Assembly (NCBI GenBank): GCA_002711925.1
Contig: PASJ01000004.1
Coordinates: 1 to 62,541, forward strand
Length of the DNA: 62,541 bases
Origin: Pseudobdellovibrionaceae bacterium
Lineage (GTDB): Bacteria > Bdellovibrionota_B > Oligoflexia > Oligoflexales > Bog-1112
Direction: 5' to 3'
Shown piece by piece: positions 47,019 to 55,432 of the stretch; the stretch's first letter is position 1; every line of letters starts with the position of its first letter. The notes under the pieces were generated by a model. It searched no databases and had not been told where the DNA came from. It saw only the letters and a list, made by a program, of their open reading frames with translations. The translations under genes were made by a program, and so were the position numbers.

Positions 47019-47486
47019 TTACGTAAGCTGGCTTAAAGTATAAACTAAGCCTACGCAAAAGCCAAAGATAAGATGAGCCAAAAAATGAGATACAGCTACT
47101 CCAAAACCTGCTTTCTTATATTTTTCAAGTGGATGATGTTCAGCTACTAGAATTGTCAAGAATAAAGAGACTATGACACCATGAACGATTCCAAGTAAAG
47201 AACCACAGACGATATAGCCGACAGAAAACTTGCTTAGATTTGGAACAAGATGGAAAATGAGTATATATACGCAAGTAAAAATTGTACCAGCATTAAAGTG
47301 TATAAAAAGACCAGGAAGCAGTGCGTTTTTTTCATCTCTAGTGATTAAAGAGCCGATGGCTCGAATCATATCTGCATTCACAATATTGAAACCTGTCACA
47401 AACCATAAAAAAATTGACATGGCTCCTGTAGATAAAAGGCCTGTGATAATCGATGTTACGATAATTTCCATAAGCTCTTCCTTCAA
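47019..47486 (-). CDS. hypothetical integral membrane protein (4 TM)
   Basis: 155 aa with four long hydrophobic segments. No family recognised. Confidence 0.6.
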   Translation of the reverse strand: MKEELMEIIVTSIITGLLSTGAMSIFLWFVTGFNIVNADMIRAIGSLITRDEKNALLPGLFIHFNAGTIFTCVYILIFHLVPNLSKFSVGYIVCGSLLGIVHGVIVSLFLTILVAEHHPLEKYKKAGFGVAVSHFLAHLIFGFCVGLVYTLSQLT

Positions 47487-47829
47487 TAAAATTAAACTTT
47501 ACATTTTTTGTGTTTACGATTTCATCGTTTTTTATCGGCACTCATCTTTTTTAATTAAGTTTCTTGTATTGAAAATGCACCTTTCGAGGTAAATCTTCTT
47601 ACTTATAAAATCTTCTAGACTTGATTTGCCTATTGGATAGGATTAACTTACTAAAAAAACTAACTTAAAACTAATTTTTTTTTAATATATAGTGCTGCAA
47701 TATTTATTCTGTTCATTAAATCTTAGGTTTGATTCATTAGATCTTTGAACTTGCTATTAATTTTCATCTTGGTTCTTTTTTTTTTTCCGTGTTAACCTAA
47801 AAATAAAACAATAAATAGGAGTTCTAGCT

Positions 47830-49077
47830 TTGTTTGATATTTTTTTTAATAAAGTCATGATTTTAGAGGTGCTTCCCCTTTGGATGAAAGAGCCTCTTTT
47901 GGGTATAGAAAAGTTTTCTTTGTGGCAGGTCACTGGTTTTTTCTTTTTAATTTTATCTGGGCTTATTGTAAAAAGTATTTTTAATTATACTATTTTAAGA
48001 TATATAAAAAAAATTTTTCTTAAAGTCTGGAGTAGCTCTTATGCAGAGGTTTTAAATGAAGCCGTAAAACCTCTAGGTTATTTAGTTTTTTTAGTTTTTG
48101 TAGGAACGTTCTTGTCTGGACTTGGGTTTAATCCTTTTATCAACAAGATTTTATCTTCAGCTTTAAGTAGCCTATCTATTCTTTATGTTGTTGTTTTCGC
48201 CTATAGGTCTATAGATGTCTTTTTGACTTTTTTAAAAGAAAAAGCTAGTAAAACTAAATCAAACCTTGACGACCAGCTTGTTCCTTTAATTGGAAGAGCA
48301 CTAAAAATCACAACAGTCATTTTAGGTGTTATCTTTGTTTTACAAAATCTAAATATTGATGTGACCTCTTTGTTGGCTGGTGTTACCATTGGTGGCTTAG
48401 CTTTTAGTTTTGCAGCAAAAGATACTATTTCTAATTTGTTTGGTTCTTTAACTATTTTTATTGATAAGCCTTTTACAGTAGGAAACTGGGTTAAACTTCC
48501 TGAAACAGAAGGAATAGTTGAGTCAATTGGTTTTCGCTCAACTAGAATTCGTACTTTTTATAACTCTTTGGTGACAGTTCCAAACAATAGATTTACTGAA
48601 GTCAGTGTTGATAACATCGGTCTGCGGCGTTATCGCAGGACTCGAACAAGCATAGGTGTTGTGTATAATACATCTCCTGATAAGATCGAAGCTTTTTGCA
48701 ACGGAATACGAGTTATTTTAAAAGCTCATCCAAAAACAAGAAAAGATTATTACGAAGTTCATTTTACTGGTTTCGGAGATTTTTCTTTGAATATTTTAGT
48801 TTATTTTTTCCTAGAAACAAGCTCTTGGTCAGATGAGTTGAGAAGTCGACACGAAGTTTATCTAGATATTTTACGTTTAGCACAGAAACTTTCCGTTGAA
48901 ATGGCTTTTCCTACACAAACTCTTCATTTTCATGATGCATCTAAATCTCCTGTAGAAAAAGAAAGGGACTTAGGCGTAGGAGAACTTGAAAAATCTGTTG
49001 CCGAGTTTCAAAGTCACGGCAAAGAATACATTGCACCAGGGCCACGACTTGGTGAGGCTTATTATAGCCAGAAGTAG
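47830..49077 (+). CDS. mechanosensitive ion channel (MscS family)
   Basis: 415 aa. TTG start 8 nt after AGGAG. MscS pore helix and beta domain: LLAGVTIGGLAFSFAAKDTISNLFGSLTIFIDKPFTVGNWV...GIVESIGFRSTRIRT. Confidence 0.88.
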   Translation: MFDIFFNKVMILEVLPLWMKEPLLGIEKFSLWQVTGFFFLILSGLIVKSIFNYTILRYIKKIFLKVWSSSYAEVLNEAVKPLGYLVFLVFVGTFLSGLGFNPFINKILSSALSSLSILYVVVFAYRSIDVFLTFLKEKASKTKSNLDDQLVPLIGRALKITTVILGVIFVLQNLNIDVTSLLAGVTIGGLAFSFAAKDTISNLFGSLTIFIDKPFTVGNWVKLPETEGIVESIGFRSTRIRTFYNSLVTVPNNRFTEVSVDNIGLRRYRRTRTSIGVVYNTSPDKIEAFCNGIRVILKAHPKTRKDYYEVHFTGFGDFSLNILVYFFLETSSWSDELRSRHEVYLDILRLAQKLSVEMAFPTQTLHFHDASKSPVEKERDLGVGELEKSVAEFQSHGKEYIAPGPRLGEAYYSQK

Positions 49078-49238
49078 TTTGTTTTATATCTATAACCTAC
49101 TGTAAAAGGTATAACTTCCATAGATTTTTTTTATTTATCCACAGTTTTTACACAAGAAGCTTTCAAGTAAAAAGGCTCGAAAAATACGGTTTTACAAAAA
49201 CATAAATGAAACTATTAATACAAAGTTTACTTATTGAA

Positions 49239-49997
49239 CTAAAGTCTGTCATTGTGCCAGGCCTCTTTTACTCTTTTTAAGTCTTCTGGTACATCAACTG
49301 ATATAATTTGATGAGAGGTTACTTTTACCCCTATGGAATAACCATGATCAAGCCATCTGTTTTGTTCCAGTTTTTCCATCTTCTCAAGTTGTGATTCAGG
49401 TAGAGTAATAAGATCCTTGAGAATATTTGCTTTAAAGCCATAGATACCAATGTGTTTATAAAAAGATGCTGATGCAAGCCAGTTTTCTATTTTTTTATCT
49501 TTTACAAAAGGTAGAGGAGTACGACTAAAGTATAGAGCTTTACTTTTTTGATTAAAGACAACAAATGCACTTTCCTTATCCTTGAGATCAGCTGGATTTT
49601 CAATTTTTTTTGCCAGTGTAGCAATTTGTGTCTCTTGTTTGTCTAGTTGTTGAAGAAGAGCTTCAATTTGCTCGAAGTGAATAAGAGGCTCGTCTCCTTG
49701 AACATTTATGACTTGGTGAATTATTTGTTTACTTTTTTCTTGTATCTTTTGGTATGCCTCAAAACAACGAGATGTACCATTAACATGATCTTTGGAGGTC
49801 ATGATAGCTATGCCACCAAAAAGGCGAACAGAATCGAATATAAGTTTATCATCTGTTGCTACAACCGTTTGTGGAATAATCTTTTTAACTCTTTCGTAAA
49901 CCCACTGAATCATAGGCTTACCAAAAATATCGATCAGAGGTTTCCCTGGGTATCTTGTTGAAGAGTAACGAGCGGGTATGATAGCTAATCTGTTCAT
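49239..49997 (-). CDS. kdsB: 3-deoxy-manno-octulosonate cytidylyltransferase
   Basis: 252 aa. Motifs AIIPARYSSTRYPGKPL and NVQGDEPL. Confidence 0.92.
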   Translation of the reverse strand: MNRLAIIPARYSSTRYPGKPLIDIFGKPMIQWVYERVKKIIPQTVVATDDKLIFDSVRLFGGIAIMTSKDHVNGTSRCFEAYQKIQEKSKQIIHQVINVQGDEPLIHFEQIEALLQQLDKQETQIATLAKKIENPADLKDKESAFVVFNQKSKALYFSRTPLPFVKDKKIENWLASASFYKHIGIYGFKANILKDLITLPESQLEKMEKLEQNRWLDHGYSIGVKVTSHQIISVDVPEDLKRVKEAWHNDRL

Positions 49998-50035
49998 TAT
50001 ATCTCCACTAGTAAATTGATTTTTTAGGAACCTCT

Positions 50036-50896
50036 TTAGTGAAAGGAAAAGCTGTTGATGTAGGAAAGGTTTTCTTTGAGAAAAGGTTTTATCTCTTCTT
50101 GTGGCAGGCCTTCTTCAGTCCAAAGACCTGTGTTTTTAATTAGACAAGCTTTTATTTTGAGGTCATGTGAAAGTGCTTTGACATTATGATAATTGTCATC
50201 AAAAAAAATACTTTTACCTTCAAGGTCGATATCAAACCTTTCATGAATTAATTTTTTTACCATAAAGTGGAAATTAGAAAAAGGTTTGCCAAACCAATGT
50301 GCCTTAAGGCCAGAATATTTTTCTAGTTCTTTAACATAGTGACCTAAAACTTTAAACATTCCCTTTTTGGAATAAACGTGAAAGTCAGGGTTTGTACAAA
50401 TAAAGGGTATGTGAGGTTTCGTTTTTAAGTGTTCAGCAAGCGGAAGAAAATATTTTTCGTTATTTTTTTGGAATGAGGAAAGAAAAATAATAACTTCTGC
50501 TTCTTCTATTTGGTCTGTTTTTATTACGCCAGTTTTATCAAGGTAACTCATTGATTCAGGCCATCCGAGGACGTAGCACTTTTTCCCTCTAATCATAGCA
50601 TTAATGTTTTCTTCATATCTTAGTCCAAGACCTGAGGTCAGTACTTTTTCTTTGTCGATTTCAACTCCTATACTCAAGAGCTTTTTATGGATAGCGTCTA
50701 TGCCTATGGTCGAATTGTTGCTGACAAGAAAAACATTTTTTCCTTGTTCTTGAATTGTCTTCACAGCTTCTTTTATACCAGAAACAGGGCCATCTAAGTT
50801 ATAGATAACTCCGGCTGCATCAAGAAGAAAATTTTCTATCTTTTCTTCACTCAAGAGCTCTTCAAGCGTCGCTTGGTTTAAACTTTTTTTTGTCAT
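50036..50896 (-). CDS. HAD-superfamily subfamily IIA-like protein with altered motif I
   Basis: 286 aa. LLDAAGVIY occupies the DxDGV position (the second Asp is Ala). LVSNNS is motif II. It lies 38 nt upstream of kdsB on the same strand. Confidence 0.65.
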   Translation of the reverse strand: MTKKSLNQATLEELLSEEKIENFLLDAAGVIYNLDGPVSGIKEAVKTIQEQGKNVFLVSNNSTIGIDAIHKKLLSIGVEIDKEKVLTSGLGLRYEENINAMIRGKKCYVLGWPESMSYLDKTGVIKTDQIEEAEVIIFLSSFQKNNEKYFLPLAEHLKTKPHIPFICTNPDFHVYSKKGMFKVLGHYVKELEKYSGLKAHWFGKPFSNFHFMVKKLIHERFDIDLEGKSIFFDDNYHNVKALSHDLKIKACLIKNTGLWTEEGLPQEEIKPFLKENLSYINSFSFH

Positions 50897-51309
50897 ATGT
50901 TTTCTAGCCTTGTTTAATCTAAATTATGGGCAAAATAAATATAGATACTAACACTGTTTTTTCTTCCTTTCGAGTTGAACTTCTTTTTCTAGGTAAGTTG
51001 CTTTTTTGACGGTCAAGTCTGATCGAAACTAAAAAAGCTAAAATTATTTTTTCGTCGCCAGAGTTTATATGAAAATTTTTTAGATAAAAATCTCGCATAA
51101 AATATTTTTTTTCCTATTGATTTGATACTTCCAAAGACAGCGAAGCCATAAGGAGAGTCTGGCAGATTTTTTTTTTTTGCCCGTCTAAGAGACTTATAAA
51201 ACGAGTTTTTTTTCTAAATTTTGCCTTAAGTTTATGTTTTTAAGTATGTAAATAGGCGACTAGAGAAGATCCTTGTGGCGCTTTTTCTAGTTTCTTTGCA
51301 TAATCATCA

Positions 51310-51338
51310 TTGACTAAAAAGTTTTACCAACGTAAAAG
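51310..51338 (+). promoter_or_regulatory. sigma70-like promoter candidate for tRNA-Phe/secG/tRNA-Leu
   Basis: TTGACT (51310..51315), 17-nt spacer, TAAAAG (51333..51338), 17 nt before the tRNA-Phe 5' end. Confidence 0.3.
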
Positions 51339-51355
51339 TTAAGCCCTTAGTGGAT

Positions 51356-51431
<76 letters not shown>

Positions 51432-51458
51432 TCAAGGACATTCTGCTAGGAATAATCT

Positions 51459-51797
51459 ATGGAAAATTTTATTATCACAGTACACATTCTTGTTTGTCTT
51501 TTTATGATTTTGGTTGTTCTCGTTCAAGGAGGAAACCAAGGAGGCATGGGAGCCGCTTTTGGTGGAGGAAATACTCAGGGAGTTTTCGGGGCAACTGGAG
51601 CCACTTCCTTTTTGGGTAAGTTAACATATGGTGCCGCTGCTATTTTTATGGTAACCTCCATAAGTCTTTCAATCTTACAAGGGGCTGGACCAAACTCAAA
51701 TCTGGGTGAAAAGCTTCAAAAAATGTCTCTTGATAAAAATCCTGTTATAGAAGCAGCGCCAAAAGAACTTGAAACTCAAGAAAAAACGAATCCTTAA
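51459..51797 (+). CDS. secG: preprotein translocase subunit SecG
   Basis: 112 aa. Two TM helices around the Gly-rich loop LVQGGNQGGMGAAFGGGNTQGVFGATGATSFL. It is followed by a tRNA-Leu, as in the well-known secG-leuU arrangement. Confidence 0.9.
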   Translation: MENFIITVHILVCLFMILVVLVQGGNQGGMGAAFGGGNTQGVFGATGATSFLGKLTYGAAAIFMVTSISLSILQGAGPNSNLGEKLQKMSLDKNPVIEAAPKELETQEKTNP

Positions 51798-51841
51798 AGA
51801 TTTTTTTGTTTTTTGAGTTTTAGATAAAACCTTATTTTTAT

Positions 51842-51926
51842 GCGAAGGTGGTGGAATTGGTAGACACGCACGCTTGAGGGGCGTGTGCCGCAAGGCGTGA
51901 GGGTTCAAGTCCCTCTCTTCGCACCA
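51842..51926 (+). tRNA. tRNA-Leu (anticodon GAG)
   Basis: 85-nt class II tRNA. Acceptor GCGAAGG/UCUUCGC (G7:U66 wobble), anticodon stem CACGC/GCGUG with loop UUGAGGG, long variable arm, T arm GAGGG-UUCAAGU-CCCUC, encoded CCA. Confidence 0.9.
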
Positions 51927-51948
51927 ATCTTTATACCTATAATTTATT

Positions 51949-52656
51949 TCATAAATGAAGATTTCTTAGCTTTGTTGTCGACTGTGATTTGGAAAGAATC
52001 TTTTGTTGGCGAATTTTTCTTTCTATTCTTATTAGATCAATTTTAGATTTTTCTCTTCGAGCTTTTATTTCGGATTTGATTTCTTCGTATTTTCCAGCAA
52101 TCATCTGTAAAGACGAGACTAGTTCTTCTTTATAAGAGTCACAAGCAAGCAGGTAATGTTTTTCATATTGATCGACGATGAAACTTTGATTTGCTATGAC
52201 TGGTTTGTGATTGGAAAATATAATTTTTAAAATCTTAGACTTCCCTGTTGAAATTTCCATAAGCTCTTGGCCTTTGTTTTTATAAATAAAAAAATTCAAG
52301 ATAACTTGAAAGCTTTGCTCACCTTTAAAAGCTTCTTCGATGGCATAATTTACAGCAGCTGCTTGTTCTTGTCTCACCGCTTGAAGGAAAGCACTTTCTT
52401 TTTTGCCGCGAAATATAAGACATAGGGTTTCCCAGCAAGGGGCTCCGCTTTGAAGTTCATTGTCCATAAAGTTTATGTGGGTAGGAGTTACTTTTGTTAC
52501 AAATTTTTCGAGGGCTTTTGCAAAAAGTTCCTTTTTTTGTTCAAGATTTTTTTTACTCTTAAGCGTTTCTTTTAAGCTAAAGCTTTTTCTCTTCCACATA
52601 GAGTAGGAATTAAAGCTTCCAAGAAAAATACAAAGACTTACAACTATTTTTTTCAT
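51949..52656 (-). CDS. hypothetical secreted protein
   Basis: ATG at 52656 gives MKKIVVSLCIFLGSFNSYS (signal peptide). The ORF-track TTG start at 52698 adds 14 residues. No family recognised. Confidence 0.55.
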   Translation of the reverse strand: MKKIVVSLCIFLGSFNSYSMWKRKSFSLKETLKSKKNLEQKKELFAKALEKFVTKVTPTHINFMDNELQSGAPCWETLCLIFRGKKESAFLQAVRQEQAAAVNYAIEEAFKGEQSFQVILNFFIYKNKGQELMEISTGKSKILKIIFSNHKPVIANQSFIVDQYEKHYLLACDSYKEELVSSLQMIAGKYEEIKSEIKARREKSKIDLIRIERKIRQQKILSKSQSTTKLRNLHL

Positions 52657-52894
52657 TAAGCTACTTTTCAGTTTTATTTTTTTGTCAGGAAAAAACAATT
52701 TTCACAATTATTTTAGATCACTAGACAATTTTTTTCACTTGCGCTACCACCAACGTAGTGTTTTTTTTTGAGGCTCGGGTAAGTTTTTGTAAGACTCATC
52801 CTTTTGTCTTAGAAGGAGGTTTTTTCTTAAAAGACTTGTCCGTTATGAAAGACTATAGAGGAAAACTATTTTTGAACCAAAAGGAATTTTACCT

Positions 52895-54388
52895 ATGCAG
52901 CAACACCTTAGTATCAACGACGAGGTCCGTAAGTTTTTGTCACAAGATAAGCTTTTACTGATTGATGGTCAGTGGCAAGAAAGTCGTAGTGAGAAAACTA
53001 TAAATGTGGAAAACCCTGCAAATGGGGATACATTAAGTCAGCTTATTCACGGTGGACAAGAAGATATTAATCGAGCTGTTGAGGCAGCAAGAAAAGCATT
53101 TGACTCTGGTCCATGGCGATCAATGACAGGTTCTGAGCGATCAAGGCGTCTTTGGAAATTAGCTGATTTAATCGAGCAAAACACTGATACTTTTGCCCAA
53201 CTTGAAAGTCTCGATAACGGCAAACCGTATACCGTTGCTAAAGCAGCAGATGTTCCTTTAAGCGTTGATATTTTCCGTTATATGGCAGGTTGGTCAACAA
53301 AGATACACGGTAAAACAATCCCTCTCAGTGTTCCTTATACGCCCGATTCGTCCTACTTGTCTTATACTTTGAAAGAACCCGTTGGAGTTATCGGTCAAAT
53401 CATTCCTTGGAATTTCCCACTCCTTATGGCTGCTTGGAAGTTAGCACCAGCCCTTGCTTGTGGCAATACGGTTGTTTTAAAGCCGGCAGAACAGACATCT
53501 TTGAGTGCTTTAAAACTTGGTGAGTTGATTATGGAAGCTGGAATCCCAGAGGGAGTTGTTAACATTGTGACAGGTCATGGTGATACGGGATCTTTTCTTG
53601 TGGATCACCCTATGGTTGATAAGCTTGCATTTACCGGATCCACTGAAGTGGGTAAACAGATTGTTCGAGGGGCTTCTGGTAACCTTAAAAAGGTTTCTCT
53701 CGAGCTCGGAGGAAAATCTCCAAATATCATTTTTGCTGATGCTGACATAGAAGCTGCTATTGAAGGTGCAGCAAATGCTATTTTCTTCAATCATGGTCAA
53801 TGCTGTTGTGCTGGATCAAGATTGTATGTTGAAAAATCTGTGTACGATAAGGTTTTAAGTGGTGTGTGTGATTTTGCAGACAAAATCAAACTTGGGAATG
53901 GTTTTGATTTATCGACTCAGATGGGGCCGTTAATTTCTCGAGAGCAGTTTGATAAGGTTTGTTCTTATATTGATTCGGGTAAACGTGAGGGTGCTGTTGT
54001 TCAAGCTGGAGGTAGTGGGCTTGATCAAGCTGGATATTTCGTTAAGCCAACTGTTCTGGCTAAAACCCACAAGAACATGCAAGTGGTTCGTGAAGAAATC
54101 TTTGGACCTGTTGTTGCGGCTATCCCGTTCAGCTCCGAAGAAGAATTGATTGAAGAGGCAAATGATTCAAATTATGGTCTGGCTGCAGGAATTTGGAGTC
54201 AAGATGTTTCAAAGGCTCACAAAGTTGCTGAAAAACTTAGAGCAGGAACAGTGTGGGTAAATTGCTATAATATTTTCGATGCTTCATTGCCTTTCGGTGG
54301 TTATAAAGAGTCAGGTTGGGGTCGAGAGATGGGAGATGAAGTTTTAAACCTTTACTTGGAAACAAAATCTGTTTGCATCAAAAAGTAA
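52895..54388 (+). CDS. NAD(P)-dependent aldehyde dehydrogenase
   Basis: 497 aa. AAGGAA lies 8 nt before the ATG. Motifs FTGSTEVGK, catalytic-Glu LELGGKSP and catalytic-Cys GQCCCAGSR. Confidence 0.92.
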   Translation: MQQHLSINDEVRKFLSQDKLLLIDGQWQESRSEKTINVENPANGDTLSQLIHGGQEDINRAVEAARKAFDSGPWRSMTGSERSRRLWKLADLIEQNTDTFAQLESLDNGKPYTVAKAADVPLSVDIFRYMAGWSTKIHGKTIPLSVPYTPDSSYLSYTLKEPVGVIGQIIPWNFPLLMAAWKLAPALACGNTVVLKPAEQTSLSALKLGELIMEAGIPEGVVNIVTGHGDTGSFLVDHPMVDKLAFTGSTEVGKQIVRGASGNLKKVSLELGGKSPNIIFADADIEAAIEGAANAIFFNHGQCCCAGSRLYVEKSVYDKVLSGVCDFADKIKLGNGFDLSTQMGPLISREQFDKVCSYIDSGKREGAVVQAGGSGLDQAGYFVKPTVLAKTHKNMQVVREEIFGPVVAAIPFSSEEELIEEANDSNYGLAAGIWSQDVSKAHKVAEKLRAGTVWVNCYNIFDASLPFGGYKESGWGREMGDEVLNLYLETKSVCIKK

Positions 54389-54409
54389 GGTGATAAAGAT
54401 CAGATTTTT

Positions 54410-55231
54410 TCAGCTTATATAAAGATCATTGAGTGGTTTAATTTTAGGGTTTACAGCATAAGAATCAAAGTTTTCTACGCCCTTTTCTTTTAAAAGCTCT
54501 TCGTCCGTAAAAAAGTTACCACTACAAGATTTTGCATCCTTTTTTAAGATCTCAAGCAAAGCATCACTGACAATAGAAGGCTTTCTAGCAGCTTGGAGCA
54601 TTTTTTCTCCTCCAAGGTGCTTGATAGCTGCGGTGGCTATAATCGTTTTTGGCCACAGGGCATTGACGCCTATACTGTGCGGTTTTAACTCATGGGAAAG
54701 TCCTAGAACACACATGCTCATACAATACTTTGACATCGTGTAAGCCAAGTGTTTTTCAAACCACACGCCTTTCATGTTAAGAGGTGGGGAAAGATTTATG
54801 ATGTGAGGATTGTTACTTTTCTTCAAAAAGGGCAGACAAGCTTGACTTGTGAAGTAGGTTCCTCGCGCATTGATATCAAACATGAGATCATAGCTTTTAG
54901 GGGAAGTTTCTTCCGTGTTTGTTAAAGAGATGGCACTTGCGTTGTTAATTAAGATGTCGATGCTTGAGAATGTTTCGATGGTTTTCTCAACGGCTTTTTT
55001 TATTTGTTCTTCAAAACGCACATCTACTACTAAAGGAAGCGCTTGTCCTCCAAGCTTTTCTACTTCTTCAGCAGTTTCATCTATTGTGCCTGAAAGTTTA
55101 GGGTGGGGAGTTTTTGTCTTAGCACATAGTGCAAGATTTGCTCCTTCTTGTGCAAGGCGACAAGCGATCTCTTTTCCAATTCCTCGACTTGCTCCAGTGA
55201 TAAAAACCGTTTTATTTTTTAAAAGAGTCAT
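54410..55231 (-). CDS. short-chain dehydrogenase/reductase (SDR)
   Basis: 273 aa. Cofactor motif VFITGASRGIGKEIA, NNAS, and catalytic YTMSK. Confidence 0.88.
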   Translation of the reverse strand: MTLLKNKTVFITGASRGIGKEIACRLAQEGANLALCAKTKTPHPKLSGTIDETAEEVEKLGGQALPLVVDVRFEEQIKKAVEKTIETFSSIDILINNASAISLTNTEETSPKSYDLMFDINARGTYFTSQACLPFLKKSNNPHIINLSPPLNMKGVWFEKHLAYTMSKYCMSMCVLGLSHELKPHSIGVNALWPKTIIATAAIKHLGGEKMLQAARKPSIVSDALLEILKKDAKSCSGNFFTDEELLKEKGVENFDSYAVNPKIKPLNDLYIS

Positions 55232-55331
55232 TAGATTTTCCTGTTATGTCCATTTTTTTTGCTCAGCTTGTCTGAGCTTAAAAAAGTTTCATTCACTTAA
55301 GGAAATAAAAAAAAAATCTTTGAATTGATAC

Positions 55332-55367
55332 AAAAAAAAGAAGAAAAGCTTATTTAAGCTTTTCTTC
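55332..55367 (-). terminator. rho-independent terminator of the giant gene
   Basis: Perfect 13-bp stem GAAGAAAAGCTTA/TAAGCTTTTCTTC (55340..55367), followed on the minus strand by T8 (55339..55332). It lies 66 nt downstream of the stop at 55433. Confidence 0.8.
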
Positions 55368-55432
55368 TCTTACTAAGTTACCTTCAAAATTTTTTTTAGA
55401 TTAGATCTAAGTTTACCTATAGCTTTTGTTTT

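Noticed and set aside
49135-49143. A perfect DnaA box TTATCCACA between the mscS-family gene and kdsB, considered as a possible origin marker.
   Set aside because: It is a single isolated 9-mer in a 160-bp spacer. In about 125 kb of two-strand AT-rich sequence, one perfect match is roughly what chance predicts. No cluster, AT-rich unwinding element or dnaA/dnaN gene is nearby.
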